Shown here: in pieces, positions 37,739 to 47,164 of the stretch
Layout of the letters: the number at the start of each line of letters is the position of its first letter
How positions within the stretch are numbered: position 1 is the first letter of the stretch
DNA from: a virus
Taxonomy: Duplodnaviria > Caudoviricetes
Length of the DNA stretch: 62,894 bases
Virus record (IMG/VR): IMGVR_UViG_3300032295_002704
Span: 1-62,894 of that record
Strand: one strand, 5' to 3'
Translations under genes and position numbers: made by a program
The notes under the pieces: model-generated
What the model was told of the DNA's origin: nothing
Seen by the model: the letters and a program-made list of their open reading frames with translations, nothing else
Databases searched by the model: none

Positions 37739-38527
37739 TTAATTATCTTGCCAGCCGTCTTCGACAAGAAGATTACCTTCTGCATCTACCAAGTTGCCGT
37801 ATTTATTGACAAATTTACCCTCTTCATTGATATATCGACCGTTTTCGTCAATGAGACGGCCTTCGGCGTTAATGAATCGACCCTTTTCATCAATAAAACG
37901 ACCCTTGTCATCTACAAACTTGTGCTTTTTGAGCCAAATTACTTCAAAATCTTTAGAATCCGCGTTCTCTAGATTGATCTTATACTGATACTTGTAGTAA
38001 CAAGTACTGACATAGTCAATCAAACCGGCAGATGTTTCCATCTCTTGTTCTGACTCCCACATTGGGGTGCCATCTGCCTTTTGAGTTGCACAGTACAAGG
38101 ATGCCACAATTTGGGCAGCGAATGCCATGTTTTCGGCGGTGTTAGAGTAATACCCAGTTAGTTTCTCAACAATCTGGTCTTCTTCACCACGCTTGCGTTT
38201 CATTGCAATTGCCAGTTCTCGGCCTTCTTTCTTAGTCATCTTAGAGCCGTCTGGCTTTTTACCGGACCTAAGTTGAATTTCCATTGCAATGAGTTCTTTG
38301 CGAATTTCTTCGATCTTTTCTTGATCGGCAGCCCGGTCTAAAACGCCCTGATCTTCTAGCATCTTATCGACCGCAACTCGCAGTTTTGCCCCGCCATCTA
38401 AAGCCTCTTTAAAAGCCTTCGCGTAAGCAGAACGAACGTACTGATTGTCCAAAGAAGTCAATTCCTTGAATTTAAATTCAGTAACCTTACCATCTTTTTC
38501 AAACTTGTAAATTTCACTTGTCGCCAT
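37739..38527 (-). CDS. Tail assembly chaperone-like protein with C-terminal 7-aa repeats
   Basis: Probable start MATSE at 38527 (AAGGA SD); sits just before the tape measure; FVDDKGR/FIDEKGR-type repeats. Confidence 0.55.
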   Translation of the reverse strand: MATSEIYKFEKDGKVTEFKFKELTSLDNQYVRSAYAKAFKEALDGGAKLRVAVDKMLEDQGVLDRAADQEKIEEIRKELIAMEIQLRSGKKPDGSKMTKKEGRELAIAMKRKRGEEDQIVEKLTGYYSNTAENMAFAAQIVASLYCATQKADGTPMWESEQEMETSAGLIDYVSTCYYKYQYKINLENADSKDFEVIWLKKHKFVDDKGRFIDEKGRFINAEGRLIDENGRYINEEGKFVNKYGNLVDAEGNLLVEDGWQDN

Positions 38528-38762
38528 AATGATCCTTAACTTCCTTAATGAGTTTACTACGTTGGATGTGAGTATGATCCAAAATCTGACTCCTGACCTT
38601 ATTATATAGTTGATCCAACCGCTTTTCTTCATCTGTCAATTCAGTTTCTTCTTTTGTTTCTCCCCAAAGATCGCCAAAATTGTCCTCCAATAACTGCAAA
38701 ATTCCAACTCCTGTCGTGAGCATCCTTTTATTGATAATCTCAGCCACTCTATCTTTTTTCAT
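38514..38762 (-). CDS. Hypothetical protein
   Basis: 82 aa in the tail operon. Confidence 0.6.
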   Translation of the reverse strand: MKKDRVAEIINKRMLTTGVGILQLLEDNFGDLWGETKEETELTDEEKRLDQLYNKVRSQILDHTHIQRSKLIKEVKDHYGDK

Positions 38763-38765
38763 ATA

Positions 38766-39824
38766 TTACCTTTTATTATTTGCTTTTAACACCATAAGTT
38801 CTTTACTTTGGGGCAAATCTTGTTCCTTAGTAGTGCCACTGTATATGGCCTTTTCATCTTTTGCAATACGATTTTTCTGTACTGGGTCGTTCAACTCAAA
38901 AACTTCTTTTGCATCTTCCGGAGTTTCTACGATAATGTAGGTATCCGTTTTGTCGGCATTTTTCATGGAAGTCGGCACGGGGGCCTTCTTATCTAACTGT
39001 TTCTTTTGCTTTTCTCGCTTACGTTCTTCGCTCTTTTCGACCATCCACGCGTCAAACATATCGTCATTGTTAATTACTTCGTCAGGAGGCGGTTCATAAG
39101 ACTCATAAGCATTGTCGTAGATGTTGGACCAAGTAAACAGTGCTTTTTGCAAATCAGTAGCATGACTAATGGGAGTAGACACTAGCCCGCCCACTTTAAC
39201 GGCAGTTATCCAAGAAGAACGCCAAGGTTCATTGCGGGCTAGGTAACGAATTTCCTTTTCGCCAATATTCTTGGGATAAAAAGAGTGGTTTAGAATGAAC
39301 GATACGAAGGTGTCTGGCTCTTGTAAAAATTTTTCAAAAGAACCCCGCCAATATCTTTGTCCGTCAACAGTGTGGGTCAAAGCATACACAAAGTATTTGT
39401 GTTTATAGATATTGGCTAAATATTCGGCTGATTTACTGGAAATATCGGCGAAAATTTCCTGAACTCTAACTTGCTGCCTTTGAATAGAACGAATTTTGTT
39501 TTTGATCTTTTCGACTTCTGTCTTTTTAAACTTGACGGTGGTCAATTCTTTGTTAAGATCCAAAAGTTGCTTTTTATAAGTCTCATTAAACTTTTTGTGT
39601 TGCTGGGATAAATAGCCCTGCTTTTCATAAGTAAGTTGGACTTCTTTTTGAAGGGGTACCCCTTCTTCCTTGAGCCTCGTCAACTCTTTTTCGTAGTAAA
39701 CAAATCCCATCTGCCTTTCAAAAGGAGTGGGATCGTTAACTACAAATAATTTGTTCTTATATTCAATTATAGATCGACCAGTTACGATGCGATCTGCCAA
39801 TTGAACGGCCTGATCATAATCCAC
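38766..39824 (-). CDS. Tail-associated hypothetical protein (chaperone candidate)
   Basis: 352 aa between tail tube and tape measure. Confidence 0.5.
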   Translation of the reverse strand: MDYDQAVQLADRIVTGRSIIEYKNKLFVVNDPTPFERQMGFVYYEKELTRLKEEGVPLQKEVQLTYEKQGYLSQQHKKFNETYKKQLLDLNKELTTVKFKKTEVEKIKNKIRSIQRQQVRVQEIFADISSKSAEYLANIYKHKYFVYALTHTVDGQRYWRGSFEKFLQEPDTFVSFILNHSFYPKNIGEKEIRYLARNEPWRSSWITAVKVGGLVSTPISHATDLQKALFTWSNIYDNAYESYEPPPDEVINNDDMFDAWMVEKSEERKREKQKKQLDKKAPVPTSMKNADKTDTYIIVETPEDAKEVFELNDPVQKNRIAKDEKAIYSGTTKEQDLPQSKELMVLKANNKR

Positions 39825-39850
39825 AAAATGTATCCTATACTAAACGTCCT

Positions 39851-39881
39851 AAAACTAGGTGGCTCCCTTTCAGAAGCCACC
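39851..39881 (-). terminator. Terminator after the tail tube gene
   Basis: - strand GGTGGCTTCT-GAAA-GGGAGCCACC-TAGTTTT. Confidence 0.6.
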
Positions 39882-39903
39882 CTGAGAAACACGCCCCATC
39901 CCA

Positions 39904-40947
39904 TTATGAGGTTAGACCAGCAGGATCACCGCTTGCGACAACACGCATTGAGTTCAGGTTAAAGTATTCATAACTTACGGTCTGGTTACCACCACCGGTG
40001 TCACCGCCGTTAACGTTAATGCTACGAAGTTTGTTCTTGGTACCAAGGTCAATTGTGATACCTTGATCAAGAGCAACGAAGATTCTTTCGTCAATTAGGT
40101 TTGTGCCTTCTTGAGCAGCGTTTACGCTATCACCGAATTCGTTGGCAGTAACTTCAATTGTGCAGGTAACTTCGACTGGGAAGTTAGCGAAACGGAAGTA
40201 TGGGCCACGACGACCAAGTTCAAACAATTCAGTACGACCAAGGTTCATTGCGATGCTTACGTTCTGGATGTGGGCACCAAGTGAGCCGTCAGCCAATGTT
40301 GGGTTAACACCGCTCAGAGCAAGACCGCTGATACCCGGAACGCTTAGAGGCCAACGTGAACGGGTCATGCTGATGTTTTCACGACGTTGGACACCACCAC
40401 TTGACAGGATTGGTGATTCGTTACCAGTGAACAATGTGCCTGTGGTGAACACGTTACCGTAAGAAGTACCGGTTGACAGGGTCTTATCGTTACCTACAAG
40501 GGTAACTGATTCAGTCATGTTGCCTTCTACAGGAATGTTGAAGTTAATGCTGTTAACATACATGCCTGAGAAAAGGTCAACTGAAAGAGGAACGCCTGAT
40601 GCGAATTCTTGTGTTACGTTGTAGCGAGGAGCAACAACCATGCACTTCGTATTGTTATAACGACCACCCAATGAACTGTTAGTTGCTGTTGGAGTAGCCA
40701 AGTGCTGAATAAGTGGTCTACCGTCGATAACCTTTTCAATCGTCATTTCGACCGAAGGAATACCCTCGACGTTTTCATAAATTTCAAGCTGACCAAGTTG
40801 GCTGATTGCTTCCAGATTGAAGTTAGTAGTTACGCTGTAACTCTGGACACCTTTAGCAGCACGATAACCGCTTACGTTTAAAGGAGTACCTTCTGGGGCA
40901 AAACCGACAGCCAGTGATGGATAGTAGTTACGAGGATTTGTGGGCAT
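39904..40947 (-). CDS. Major tail tube protein
   Basis: GVQS.S.TTNFNLE.ISQLGQ and R.ELFELGRRGPY.R patterns; high-expression codon usage; own promoter and terminator. Confidence 0.7.
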   Translation of the reverse strand: MPTNPRNYYPSLAVGFAPEGTPLNVSGYRAAKGVQSYSVTTNFNLEAISQLGQLEIYENVEGIPSVEMTIEKVIDGRPLIQHLATPTATNSSLGGRYNNTKCMVVAPRYNVTQEFASGVPLSVDLFSGMYVNSINFNIPVEGNMTESVTLVGNDKTLSTGTSYGNVFTTGTLFTGNESPILSSGGVQRRENISMTRSRWPLSVPGISGLALSGVNPTLADGSLGAHIQNVSIAMNLGRTELFELGRRGPYFRFANFPVEVTCTIEVTANEFGDSVNAAQEGTNLIDERIFVALDQGITIDLGTKNKLRSINVNGGDTGGGNQTVSYEYFNLNSMRVVASGDPAGLTS

Positions 40948-40982
40948 ATGTTTTTACCTTTTTCTTTTTAAAACTCTAAATT

Positions 40983-40992
40983 TAATACACTT
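40983..40992 (-). promoter_or_regulatory. Late promoter motif copy (AAGTGTATTA)
   Basis: Intergenic, upstream of the tail tube gene. Confidence 0.7.
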
Positions 40993-41889
40993 TTAGGATG
41001 GATATAAATCAGATTCCATCGTGATGGCGACCCTAGATGCCTTGTAAGGTAGGTCAAATTTGTCATAAACCCTGACACTGAAATTTTCATTAAATCGACC
41101 CTGACCCAAAACCGACGTTGTTTTCCACAAATTCCAGTTGCCTGTCCCGACAGGAACACCACTTACGTTTAGGGGACGTTGAATAACATTATAATTTAAT
41201 AATGGGATATTTTTAGTTTCTAGGAAATAACAGATATCTTGCAAGTTAGATCGTGTAAAATCATCTGTGGCAAAAATGTCAAATGTAAAACGAATATCAG
41301 AAACTTTGCCACGGGTGCCTAAGCCAACACCCCTCTTTGTGTCATAACCTTCTATTCCTACAAAGATACATGGTAAGAATGCCTTTTGCTCCAAACTCAA
41401 CGTAAGGGTGCCGGTAGCGTTAACCCAATCAGAAATTAGGCGAGTATACTCACTAGAACGTCTTGGATAGACAGAAACATAGTTTACTGCGTAAGAAGTT
41501 GCTACAGAAGTTCCAGAGGGCATTCCGCTTGAAAAAACCACTCTTCCGCGAGAATAGTCAAAATGCCAAGTACTTCCGCTCACGGCTGTGCCCGTGGGTA
41601 CAAACGTTCCGTTAAATAAAATCCCGCTTGGGATTAGGGGCAAATTTACCCCTGTTGCCTTTGTAGTAAATCCTGTAGAAAACACCCAGTCATGCTTAAT
41701 TCCAGCAAATTCTGTAAAAGTATTTCCAGTGGAAAGAGGAGTAGAAACAGGGCGTAAATTGCCAGAAGCCACATTGTAGTAAGCACCCAATTCTAAAAAA
41801 CCATAACGTAAGAAATCAATAACACTGTTGACCACGGTGTTTTCTAAATTTCTTTGACCAAAGAATTGAATACCTTCTAAATTAGCCAC
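40993..41889 (-). CDS. Tail completion/terminator-like neck protein
   Basis: LPCIFV...GLG...FDIFA pattern; position before the tube gene. Confidence 0.55.
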   Translation of the reverse strand: MANLEGIQFFGQRNLENTVVNSVIDFLRYGFLELGAYYNVASGNLRPVSTPLSTGNTFTEFAGIKHDWVFSTGFTTKATGVNLPLIPSGILFNGTFVPTGTAVSGSTWHFDYSRGRVVFSSGMPSGTSVATSYAVNYVSVYPRRSSEYTRLISDWVNATGTLTLSLEQKAFLPCIFVGIEGYDTKRGVGLGTRGKVSDIRFTFDIFATDDFTRSNLQDICYFLETKNIPLLNYNVIQRPLNVSGVPVGTGNWNLWKTTSVLGQGRFNENFSVRVYDKFDLPYKASRVAITMESDLYPS

Positions 41890-42571
41890 GAATAACCTTC
41901 CTAAATTCTTTTACAATTATTTCCGGAACTTTCTTGTTGAATATCTCGTCATCAATTGCTTCTTCTACAAAGTTGTTGTATTTACCTTTGGTGAATTTGA
42001 AATAATCTTCTGAATCCCAATCTTTACCTTTTCCTTTGATCATGACCGCTCTTTCAGATCGGCTGTCATAAAATCTTTCATCAAAATCAAACGTAATTGA
42101 ATATCCGGGGGTTGACCAACCTTCGGTAAGGGCTTTTAACCACTCAACCGTGGTTGTCTTGCCAGTTCTTTCGTTGACCGATGGATAGGTACCGCCAATA
42201 GTGGATTCAATAACACTCAAAATGTTTTCTGTAGTAATATCTAATTTTACGTTAAAATTACGAACTTTAATATCTAGATTAGTTAAATCAATTGATTCTT
42301 CGAAAACCTGTTTAATTTGTTCAACCGCATCATTTGATTCTGGATCTAAAAAACCTAGTTGAGCCTGAACGTCTAAGAAGTCATTGCCGGGATTTTGGCC
42401 AAGCAAACCTTGAGCAACTCTTGTTCTCAAAAAGGCTTCGCCAAAAGCCCTTTGTATCTTAGGAGAAGCATTACGAGAAGCCTCGCGAATAAATCCGGGA
42501 ATATAACGCTTGTTAACTTCTTTTGCTAAATCTTTTTTGAAATTGGATAAATCAAAAGAAATACGGCTCAT
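41882..42571 (-). CDS. Neck/tail completion protein (putative)
   Basis: Position in the head-tail block. Confidence 0.45.
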   Translation of the reverse strand: MSRISFDLSNFKKDLAKEVNKRYIPGFIREASRNASPKIQRAFGEAFLRTRVAQGLLGQNPGNDFLDVQAQLGFLDPESNDAVEQIKQVFEESIDLTNLDIKVRNFNVKLDITTENILSVIESTIGGTYPSVNERTGKTTTVEWLKALTEGWSTPGYSITFDFDERFYDSRSERAVMIKGKGKDWDSEDYFKFTKGKYNNFVEEAIDDEIFNKKVPEIIVKEFRKVIRG

Positions 42572-43047
42572 TATTCACCAACTTCTTTGACTTTTCTAGC
42601 ATAACTCTCTGAGTATCTCTTGCCAAAACCATATGGGATTGGTTCTTGAACAATCTTACATTTTACTCCATTTACGTATACAAACGAGCAATTTTGTAAT
42701 TTGCTATTATCTGTAGTGTAGGTTATGATTTTGCAAATGTCTGGGTCGTTTTTAAACTCCAAAGGGAAATTTAAATCTTTGGCATTCCAATAAGCCCTAC
42801 AAGTCACTTCTTGGAAGTTTCCTACATTTTCAACTACTCCCTGTTGGTCGATTCTATTATACATGTTTTCAATGTAGTTGGGGTTTCCAATATTGTCTTC
42901 GGAAAGCCCAAATGGGGTTGAAGTTGGATTAGCAACCGTCCGGTTGTATTCGATACGAAGTGGGGTGGCGTTGACTATCTCAATGAGTTCATCTGCCAAT
43001 TGCGAATATTTTTCTGTTAACATAGACCAATTACTTAGTACTGCCAT
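42571..43047 (-). CDS. Head closure/stopper protein (putative)
   Basis: Size, position and beta-rich C-terminus. Confidence 0.45.
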   Translation of the reverse strand: MAVLSNWSMLTEKYSQLADELIEIVNATPLRIEYNRTVANPTSTPFGLSEDNIGNPNYIENMYNRIDQQGVVENVGNFQEVTCRAYWNAKDLNFPLEFKNDPDICKIITYTTDNSKLQNCSFVYVNGVKCKIVQEPIPYGFGKRYSESYARKVKEVGE

Positions 43048-43057
43048 TTTAAAACCC

Positions 43058-43534
43058 TTATATGTTTGCTTCGCTTATGTTGAATATACCGCATCCGGCG
43101 TATCCATTACCCATTTCAAACTCTCTCAAAGTAGAATTGTATTGGGATTCGAAGGTTAAACCCTGTTTAACTTTAGCAGCAGCAATCTGACCATTAGTAT
43201 CAATAGTAGATTTATTGTCAATAACCTTAATACCCCCACTGACAAGCATAGTTTTCACTTCTTGCCTGTTTATAATAAGTGCTGCATAAAGAGCAATTAA
43301 ATTACTTACGGCAATTGGCACAACTCCGTCAGGATCGGGGGTAATCGTTGGACTTGCGGGAGCAAGATCTACGACAAACGTTCCGTTTATGTCATAAGCC
43401 TCTACCGCTCCAAAAACATATTCTGCTGCTATAGCAATAAAAGTTTGCAACTGAGTATCGGTATAGGTTTGCGTTACACCTATGTCACCTATCAAATAAC
43501 GCAATTTCTTTACGTAAGAAGTGGTCCAAGCCAT
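43058..43534 (-). CDS. Head-tail connector/adaptor
   Basis: LRYLIGD...YTDTQLQTFI adaptor-type N-terminus. Confidence 0.6.
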   Translation of the reverse strand: MAWTTSYVKKLRYLIGDIGVTQTYTDTQLQTFIAIAAEYVFGAVEAYDINGTFVVDLAPASPTITPDPDGVVPIAVSNLIALYAALIINRQEVKTMLVSGGIKVIDNKSTIDTNGQIAAAKVKQGLTFESQYNSTLREFEMGNGYAGCGIFNISEANI

Positions 43535-43544
43535 TTAGTGATCC

Positions 43545-44012
43545 TTATAGGAGATTGGGATATCTGTCAAATCTACCGTAAACGTCGATATTGAAACCTG
43601 ATCCAAGGACACCTATAAAGGAAACAGGACGGTCTGGCTTGTAAGATTCTCCACCGCCCAATCGGATACCACCGCTGGGCGTATTTGCAATACCAAGGCT
43701 TGCATTGAATGAATCGGCATCGTCAATGTAAATGTGGGCAAACAGAGTGCCTGTAGAAGATGCTCTGTTGACGATGGTAACGTCGCCAAAGGCACCGCTG
43801 CCAAAAGTAACGTCATTGTAAAGAACGCCAGTTGAAGTGCGTCCAACAACAGAATAAGCATTATTGCGATAATCAACAAGTAAGCCACTTACAAGAGCAT
43901 AATTGCCGTTGTTTTCTAAAGTAGTGCGAGATTCTGCACCACCACCTTTGCTTACTGTTACCTTAGAGTGGTTAACCGTATTTACATTATAACCCGGTTG
44001 AAATGTGATCAT
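43545..44012 (-). CDS. Virion structural protein
   Basis: Beta-rich, follows the capsid gene with its own promoter motif. Confidence 0.5.
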   Translation of the reverse strand: MITFQPGYNVNTVNHSKVTVSKGGGAESRTTLENNGNYALVSGLLVDYRNNAYSVVGRTSTGVLYNDVTFGSGAFGDVTIVNRASSTGTLFAHIYIDDADSFNASLGIANTPSGGIRLGGGESYKPDRPVSFIGVLGSGFNIDVYGRFDRYPNLL

Positions 44013-44041
44013 GTTCTTATTTCCTTATGGTGATACTATTT

Positions 44042-44051
44042 TAATACACTT
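44042..44051 (-). promoter_or_regulatory. Late promoter motif copy (AAGTGTATTA)
   Basis: Intergenic, just downstream of the capsid terminator. Confidence 0.7.
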
Positions 44052-44068
44052 CAAGGCTTTTTGGCAAT

Positions 44069-44094
44069 AAAAAAGGCTGTCTTTTCAGACAGCC
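44069..44094 (-). terminator. Rho-independent terminator after the major capsid gene
   Basis: - strand GGCTGTCT-GAAA-AGACAGCC-TTTTTT. Confidence 0.88.
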
Positions 44095-44117
44095 CTTTAT
44101 ACTTTTTGTAGAGTAAA

Positions 44118-45116
44118 TTAGATGCTACCAACCAGAATCTTACGAGAATCAAGGACTGCGAAGCCCATGTTCATGCGAGCGTAGAAGCTGATTAGACCGT
44201 GACGATCTGCGGTCAGATCTTCGCGAACAGTCAGGTTTTCCTTATAAGGCATGATGAATGTGTCGCTCTGCTGACGATCAAGACCGATTACGATTTCAAG
44301 GTCACCACCAGCCATACCACCGCCAAGCACGCTTGTGTAGTACTGCTGATATTCTTGGCCTTCACCAAACTCATCAAGAGCGTGGAGATTGACACCGTAA
44401 ACGTTCATGGTGTCACCGTTACCGGCATCATTCCAGATCTGGGTACGGATTTCATCAGGAACATCAACAATGTTCCAAGAACGAATATCCATATGTGCTT
44501 CTGGTGACATATAAACGTCAGTCAACTTATTGCGGTTCTTAGAACCACTGTTACCACCACCCTGACGACGCATAATGGTGCTTAGGGCAGTAATAAGGCG
44601 TGGAGTGAACTGGCCAGCAACCGCGTTAGGATCGCTTACAACGATACCACGGTCACGGGCAGCAGTTAGCAAGGTAGCCCAACCTTCATCGTTACGCTTA
44701 GCAACGATACCTGCTTCAAGAATCTGCATCATACGACCGATGACGTTCCAGCGAGCGTCACGAGCGTGGGTACGCTTAATGTCGATTGCGTTTGCAAGAT
44801 CATAGGTAGGAACCATGACATAGTCACTGGTTACGCGTTTTTCAGGAATTCGACCTTCGCCGGGATAGACGAACGCAACGAATTCTTTTTCCTGTGAAGC
44901 CTGAATCAGGTCAAGGAAGTACTTAGGCTCGCTGCCGTCAGTACGATCTTCGGGGACGAAGATGTTGCTCAGATTGTCGCCAGTAAGAACTACTTCACGA
45001 AGAGGAGTTTCTACTGCCTGTGCGAATTCAACCGCTGCTTCGCGAGAACTAGTGTCGCCCTTCGCCATTGACTTGAAAAGGTCAACCATTACTTGTTCTT
45101 TGTTTTGTGTGCTCAT
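44118..45116 (-). CDS. Major capsid protein (HK97 fold inferred)
   Basis: 332 aa after the decoration gene; YMSPE, C-terminal GFAVLD; strong terminator follows. Confidence 0.8.
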   Translation of the reverse strand: MSTQNKEQVMVDLFKSMAKGDTSSREAAVEFAQAVETPLREVVLTGDNLSNIFVPEDRTDGSEPKYFLDLIQASQEKEFVAFVYPGEGRIPEKRVTSDYVMVPTYDLANAIDIKRTHARDARWNVIGRMMQILEAGIVAKRNDEGWATLLTAARDRGIVVSDPNAVAGQFTPRLITALSTIMRRQGGGNSGSKNRNKLTDVYMSPEAHMDIRSWNIVDVPDEIRTQIWNDAGNGDTMNVYGVNLHALDEFGEGQEYQQYYTSVLGGGMAGGDLEIVIGLDRQQSDTFIMPYKENLTVREDLTADRHGLISFYARMNMGFAVLDSRKILVGSI

Positions 45117-45151
45117 TGTAATAAACCTCGTTTATTTCTTTCTATATTTTA

Positions 45152-45646
45152 TTAGTTACGAAGACCGACACTCAACTTGGCAAAGCCGTCTGAGTCACGA
45201 CCAGTCAGGAACTTACCGACAACTGGGTAACCAGAGCCAGCGAAACCTGCCTGATGGAAGAAGAAACCGCTTGGGCCTGCGTAAGCAGTTGTTGGATAAA
45301 CAACGCCAGTGGCAGGAGCAGCACCAGCACCTAGGCAGTTTGTAACAAACTCACCTTCGGTTGCAATTGAAGCCTTGCTGCCGATTTGAACTTCGTTCTT
45401 GGCAGTATTGAGAGCATACTTGCTTAGGTCGATGTTAACAACGTCGTCTAAAAGAAGACCGACAGGAACGCGACCTGAAACTGAGTTGATGACTTCAACT
45501 CGTGAGTTTGTGTCGTCAAGACCCATGCCAACTGGGGCTGAGCCGGTTGAAGCAAACACAAGCTGGCCTTGCTGACCAGTGCTGGTAATGAAGTAAGCAA
45601 CTTCTACCTTACCGTCTAACTGTGATCTGAATGGTTTAAGTGCCAT
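45152..45646 (-). CDS. Capsid decoration/cement protein
   Basis: 164 aa between scaffold and capsid; PVGLLL.DVV...G.F.TN beta-tulip-type pattern. Confidence 0.65.
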   Translation of the reverse strand: MALKPFRSQLDGKVEVAYFITSTGQQGQLVFASTGSAPVGMGLDDTNSRVEVINSVSGRVPVGLLLDDVVNIDLSKYALNTAKNEVQIGSKASIATEGEFVTNCLGAGAAPATGVVYPTTAYAGPSGFFFHQAGFAGSGYPVVGKFLTGRDSDGFAKLSVGLRN

Positions 45647-45679
45647 ATTTTTAACCCTTTTCTAAATTGATTCTTAATT

Positions 45680-45689
45680 CAATACACTA
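45680..45689 (-). promoter_or_regulatory. Late promoter motif copy (TAGTGTATTG)
   Basis: Intergenic, upstream of the decoration-capsid pair. Confidence 0.65.
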
Positions 45690-45709
45690 TATATTCTTAA
45701 AGTTACAAA

Positions 45710-46324
45710 TTATTTTGCTTTTCTTTTGAAAAGATCACGAGCAGCTTCTTGGATGGTGCTGATCTTGCCGGTGTTGGCAGCAGCAGTGGCCAAATTAGCT
45801 TGTTCGTCAGCCTTAGCCTTTTCAATATCTTCGGCCTTGACTTCATCTTTATTTTCGGTCTTGGCACTAGCAACGGTCTGTTCTGCTTTCTTAACAGCAG
45901 TGAAGATCTTGTTAGCAGCAGCAAAAGTTACATTCCAAACTTCTTCTGACATTTCGCCTAGGCTTGCAACGGCCTTCTGCTCATCTTCGTTAACGAAGGT
46001 AAGCTGATTAATGCTACGAAGTTGTGAAGCACGGCTAGCCATTACTTCCTTCTTCTTCATTGCGGTGACTTCTTCGGTCATCTTAGCGAGTGCTTCGGCA
46101 GTTGCTTTCGCTTCTGATTCGGCTTTCTCTGCCTTAGCTTTGTACTCGTCAGCCATTTTCTTGGCTTCGGCACAATCCTTAGCAACGGCTTCGTGTTCAG
46201 CCTTCATTTTGGCACATTCTTCTTGCATCTTAGCGTGCTCAGCTTTCCACTTAGCACATTCTTCCATGCAATCTTCGCCACACTCTGCTTTTGTTTCTTT
46301 TACTTCTTGTTTGACTTCTGCCAT
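45710..46324 (-). CDS. Nested in-frame scaffold protein (204 aa)
   Basis: Internal ATG (MAEVKQE) preceded by SD AAGGGAG and promoter motif GTGTATTG at 46349-46356. Confidence 0.65.
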   Translation of the reverse strand: MAEVKQEVKETKAECGEDCMEECAKWKAEHAKMQEECAKMKAEHEAVAKDCAEAKKMADEYKAKAEKAESEAKATAEALAKMTEEVTAMKKKEVMASRASQLRSINQLTFVNEDEQKAVASLGEMSEEVWNVTFAAANKIFTAVKKAEQTVASAKTENKDEVKAEDIEKAKADEQANLATAAANTGKISTIQEAARDLFKRKAK

Positions 46325-47164
46325 AATAACTCCCTTGTCTAAAGTATTCAATACACATTCATCTTGGATTTCGTCAACTTTAAAATCATTTAAAGATGCG
46401 GTTACAAACATTGATTCTTTCACACGAATCTTTTGCGGAAACACAATTGACTCTGGATTCGCGGGACGATCTACAAAGGCTACGCCGGTAAAAAGTTGGT
46501 TTTTCAAAACTCTACCGATCTTGTATTTTTGACCGGCAACAGTAACTAATCCCTTACCTTTATAAGCTCGCAAAAAGCGTGTTAGTCTAGAAGTTTCTTC
46601 ATTACGAGGAACGACTAGAGTTTCTTCTTCTACTTTACCATCTTCGTGAACTTTACGAAGACCATAAGCAAAATCGTTAAAATGACATTCCATTGAAACG
46701 AACTGCTTTCCTTCCTTCATCTTTGCTTCAATTGTTTTTACTCTGTCTTCGAAATAGTGATCCCAAAGCAAAGTAGCGATAACTACGTGACGCATTTCTT
46801 CGGCAGAAGAAACGACTTCCAAGTTTTCATTTACTGGATAAGAATCAATAATAACGCCGAAGGTATTGTTCTTGGCGTGATCTTCTTGACCTAGGTGATC
46901 CAAATTAACTGGTTTTAAAATCGGAGTTTTAACCGCTGCAAAAGTGTCTTCTGGAACAAAGATATCATCGTTTAAATTCCAACCAACACTGCAAAGCACG
47001 GCGAATACCAAAGTATTCTTTTCAATATCATACATCGTGTTTGCTGATGCAAACAACTTCTTAGCAGAAGGTACAGAATTTTCACTGAGTTCATAAGCGA
47101 ATTCTGCCTTAGCAAAATTGCCCACATCAGTTACTAGTCCAATTTCATTGTTGTAAATCTTCAT
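45710..47164 (-). CDS. Prohead protease fused to coiled-coil scaffold
   Basis: NLNDD.F, VNLDH, VSMEC (Ser), FTGVAFV.RPA; Ala/Glu/Lys-rich C-terminal coil. Confidence 0.78.
   Translation of the reverse strand: MKIYNNEIGLVTDVGNFAKAEFAYELSENSVPSAKKLFASANTMYDIEKNTLVFAVLCSVGWNLNDDIFVPEDTFAAVKTPILKPVNLDHLGQEDHAKNNTFGVIIDSYPVNENLEVVSSAEEMRHVVIATLLWDHYFEDRVKTIEAKMKEGKQFVSMECHFNDFAYGLRKVHEDGKVEEETLVVPRNEETSRLTRFLRAYKGKGLVTVAGQKYKIGRVLKNQLFTGVAFVDRPANPESIVFPQKIRVKESMFVTASLNDFKVDEIQDECVLNTLDKGVIMAEVKQEVKETKAECGEDCMEECAKWKAEHAKMQEECAKMKAEHEAVAKDCAEAKKMADEYKAKAEKAESEAKATAEALAKMTEEVTAMKKKEVMASRASQLRSINQLTFVNEDEQKAVASLGEMSEEVWNVTFAAANKIFTAVKKAEQTVASAKTENKDEVKAEDIEKAKADEQANLATAAANTGKISTIQEAARDLFKRKAK

Noticed and set aside
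38514-39824. Programmed frameshift of tail chaperones
   Set aside because: Each ORF has its own start; no convincing slippery heptamer at the junctions
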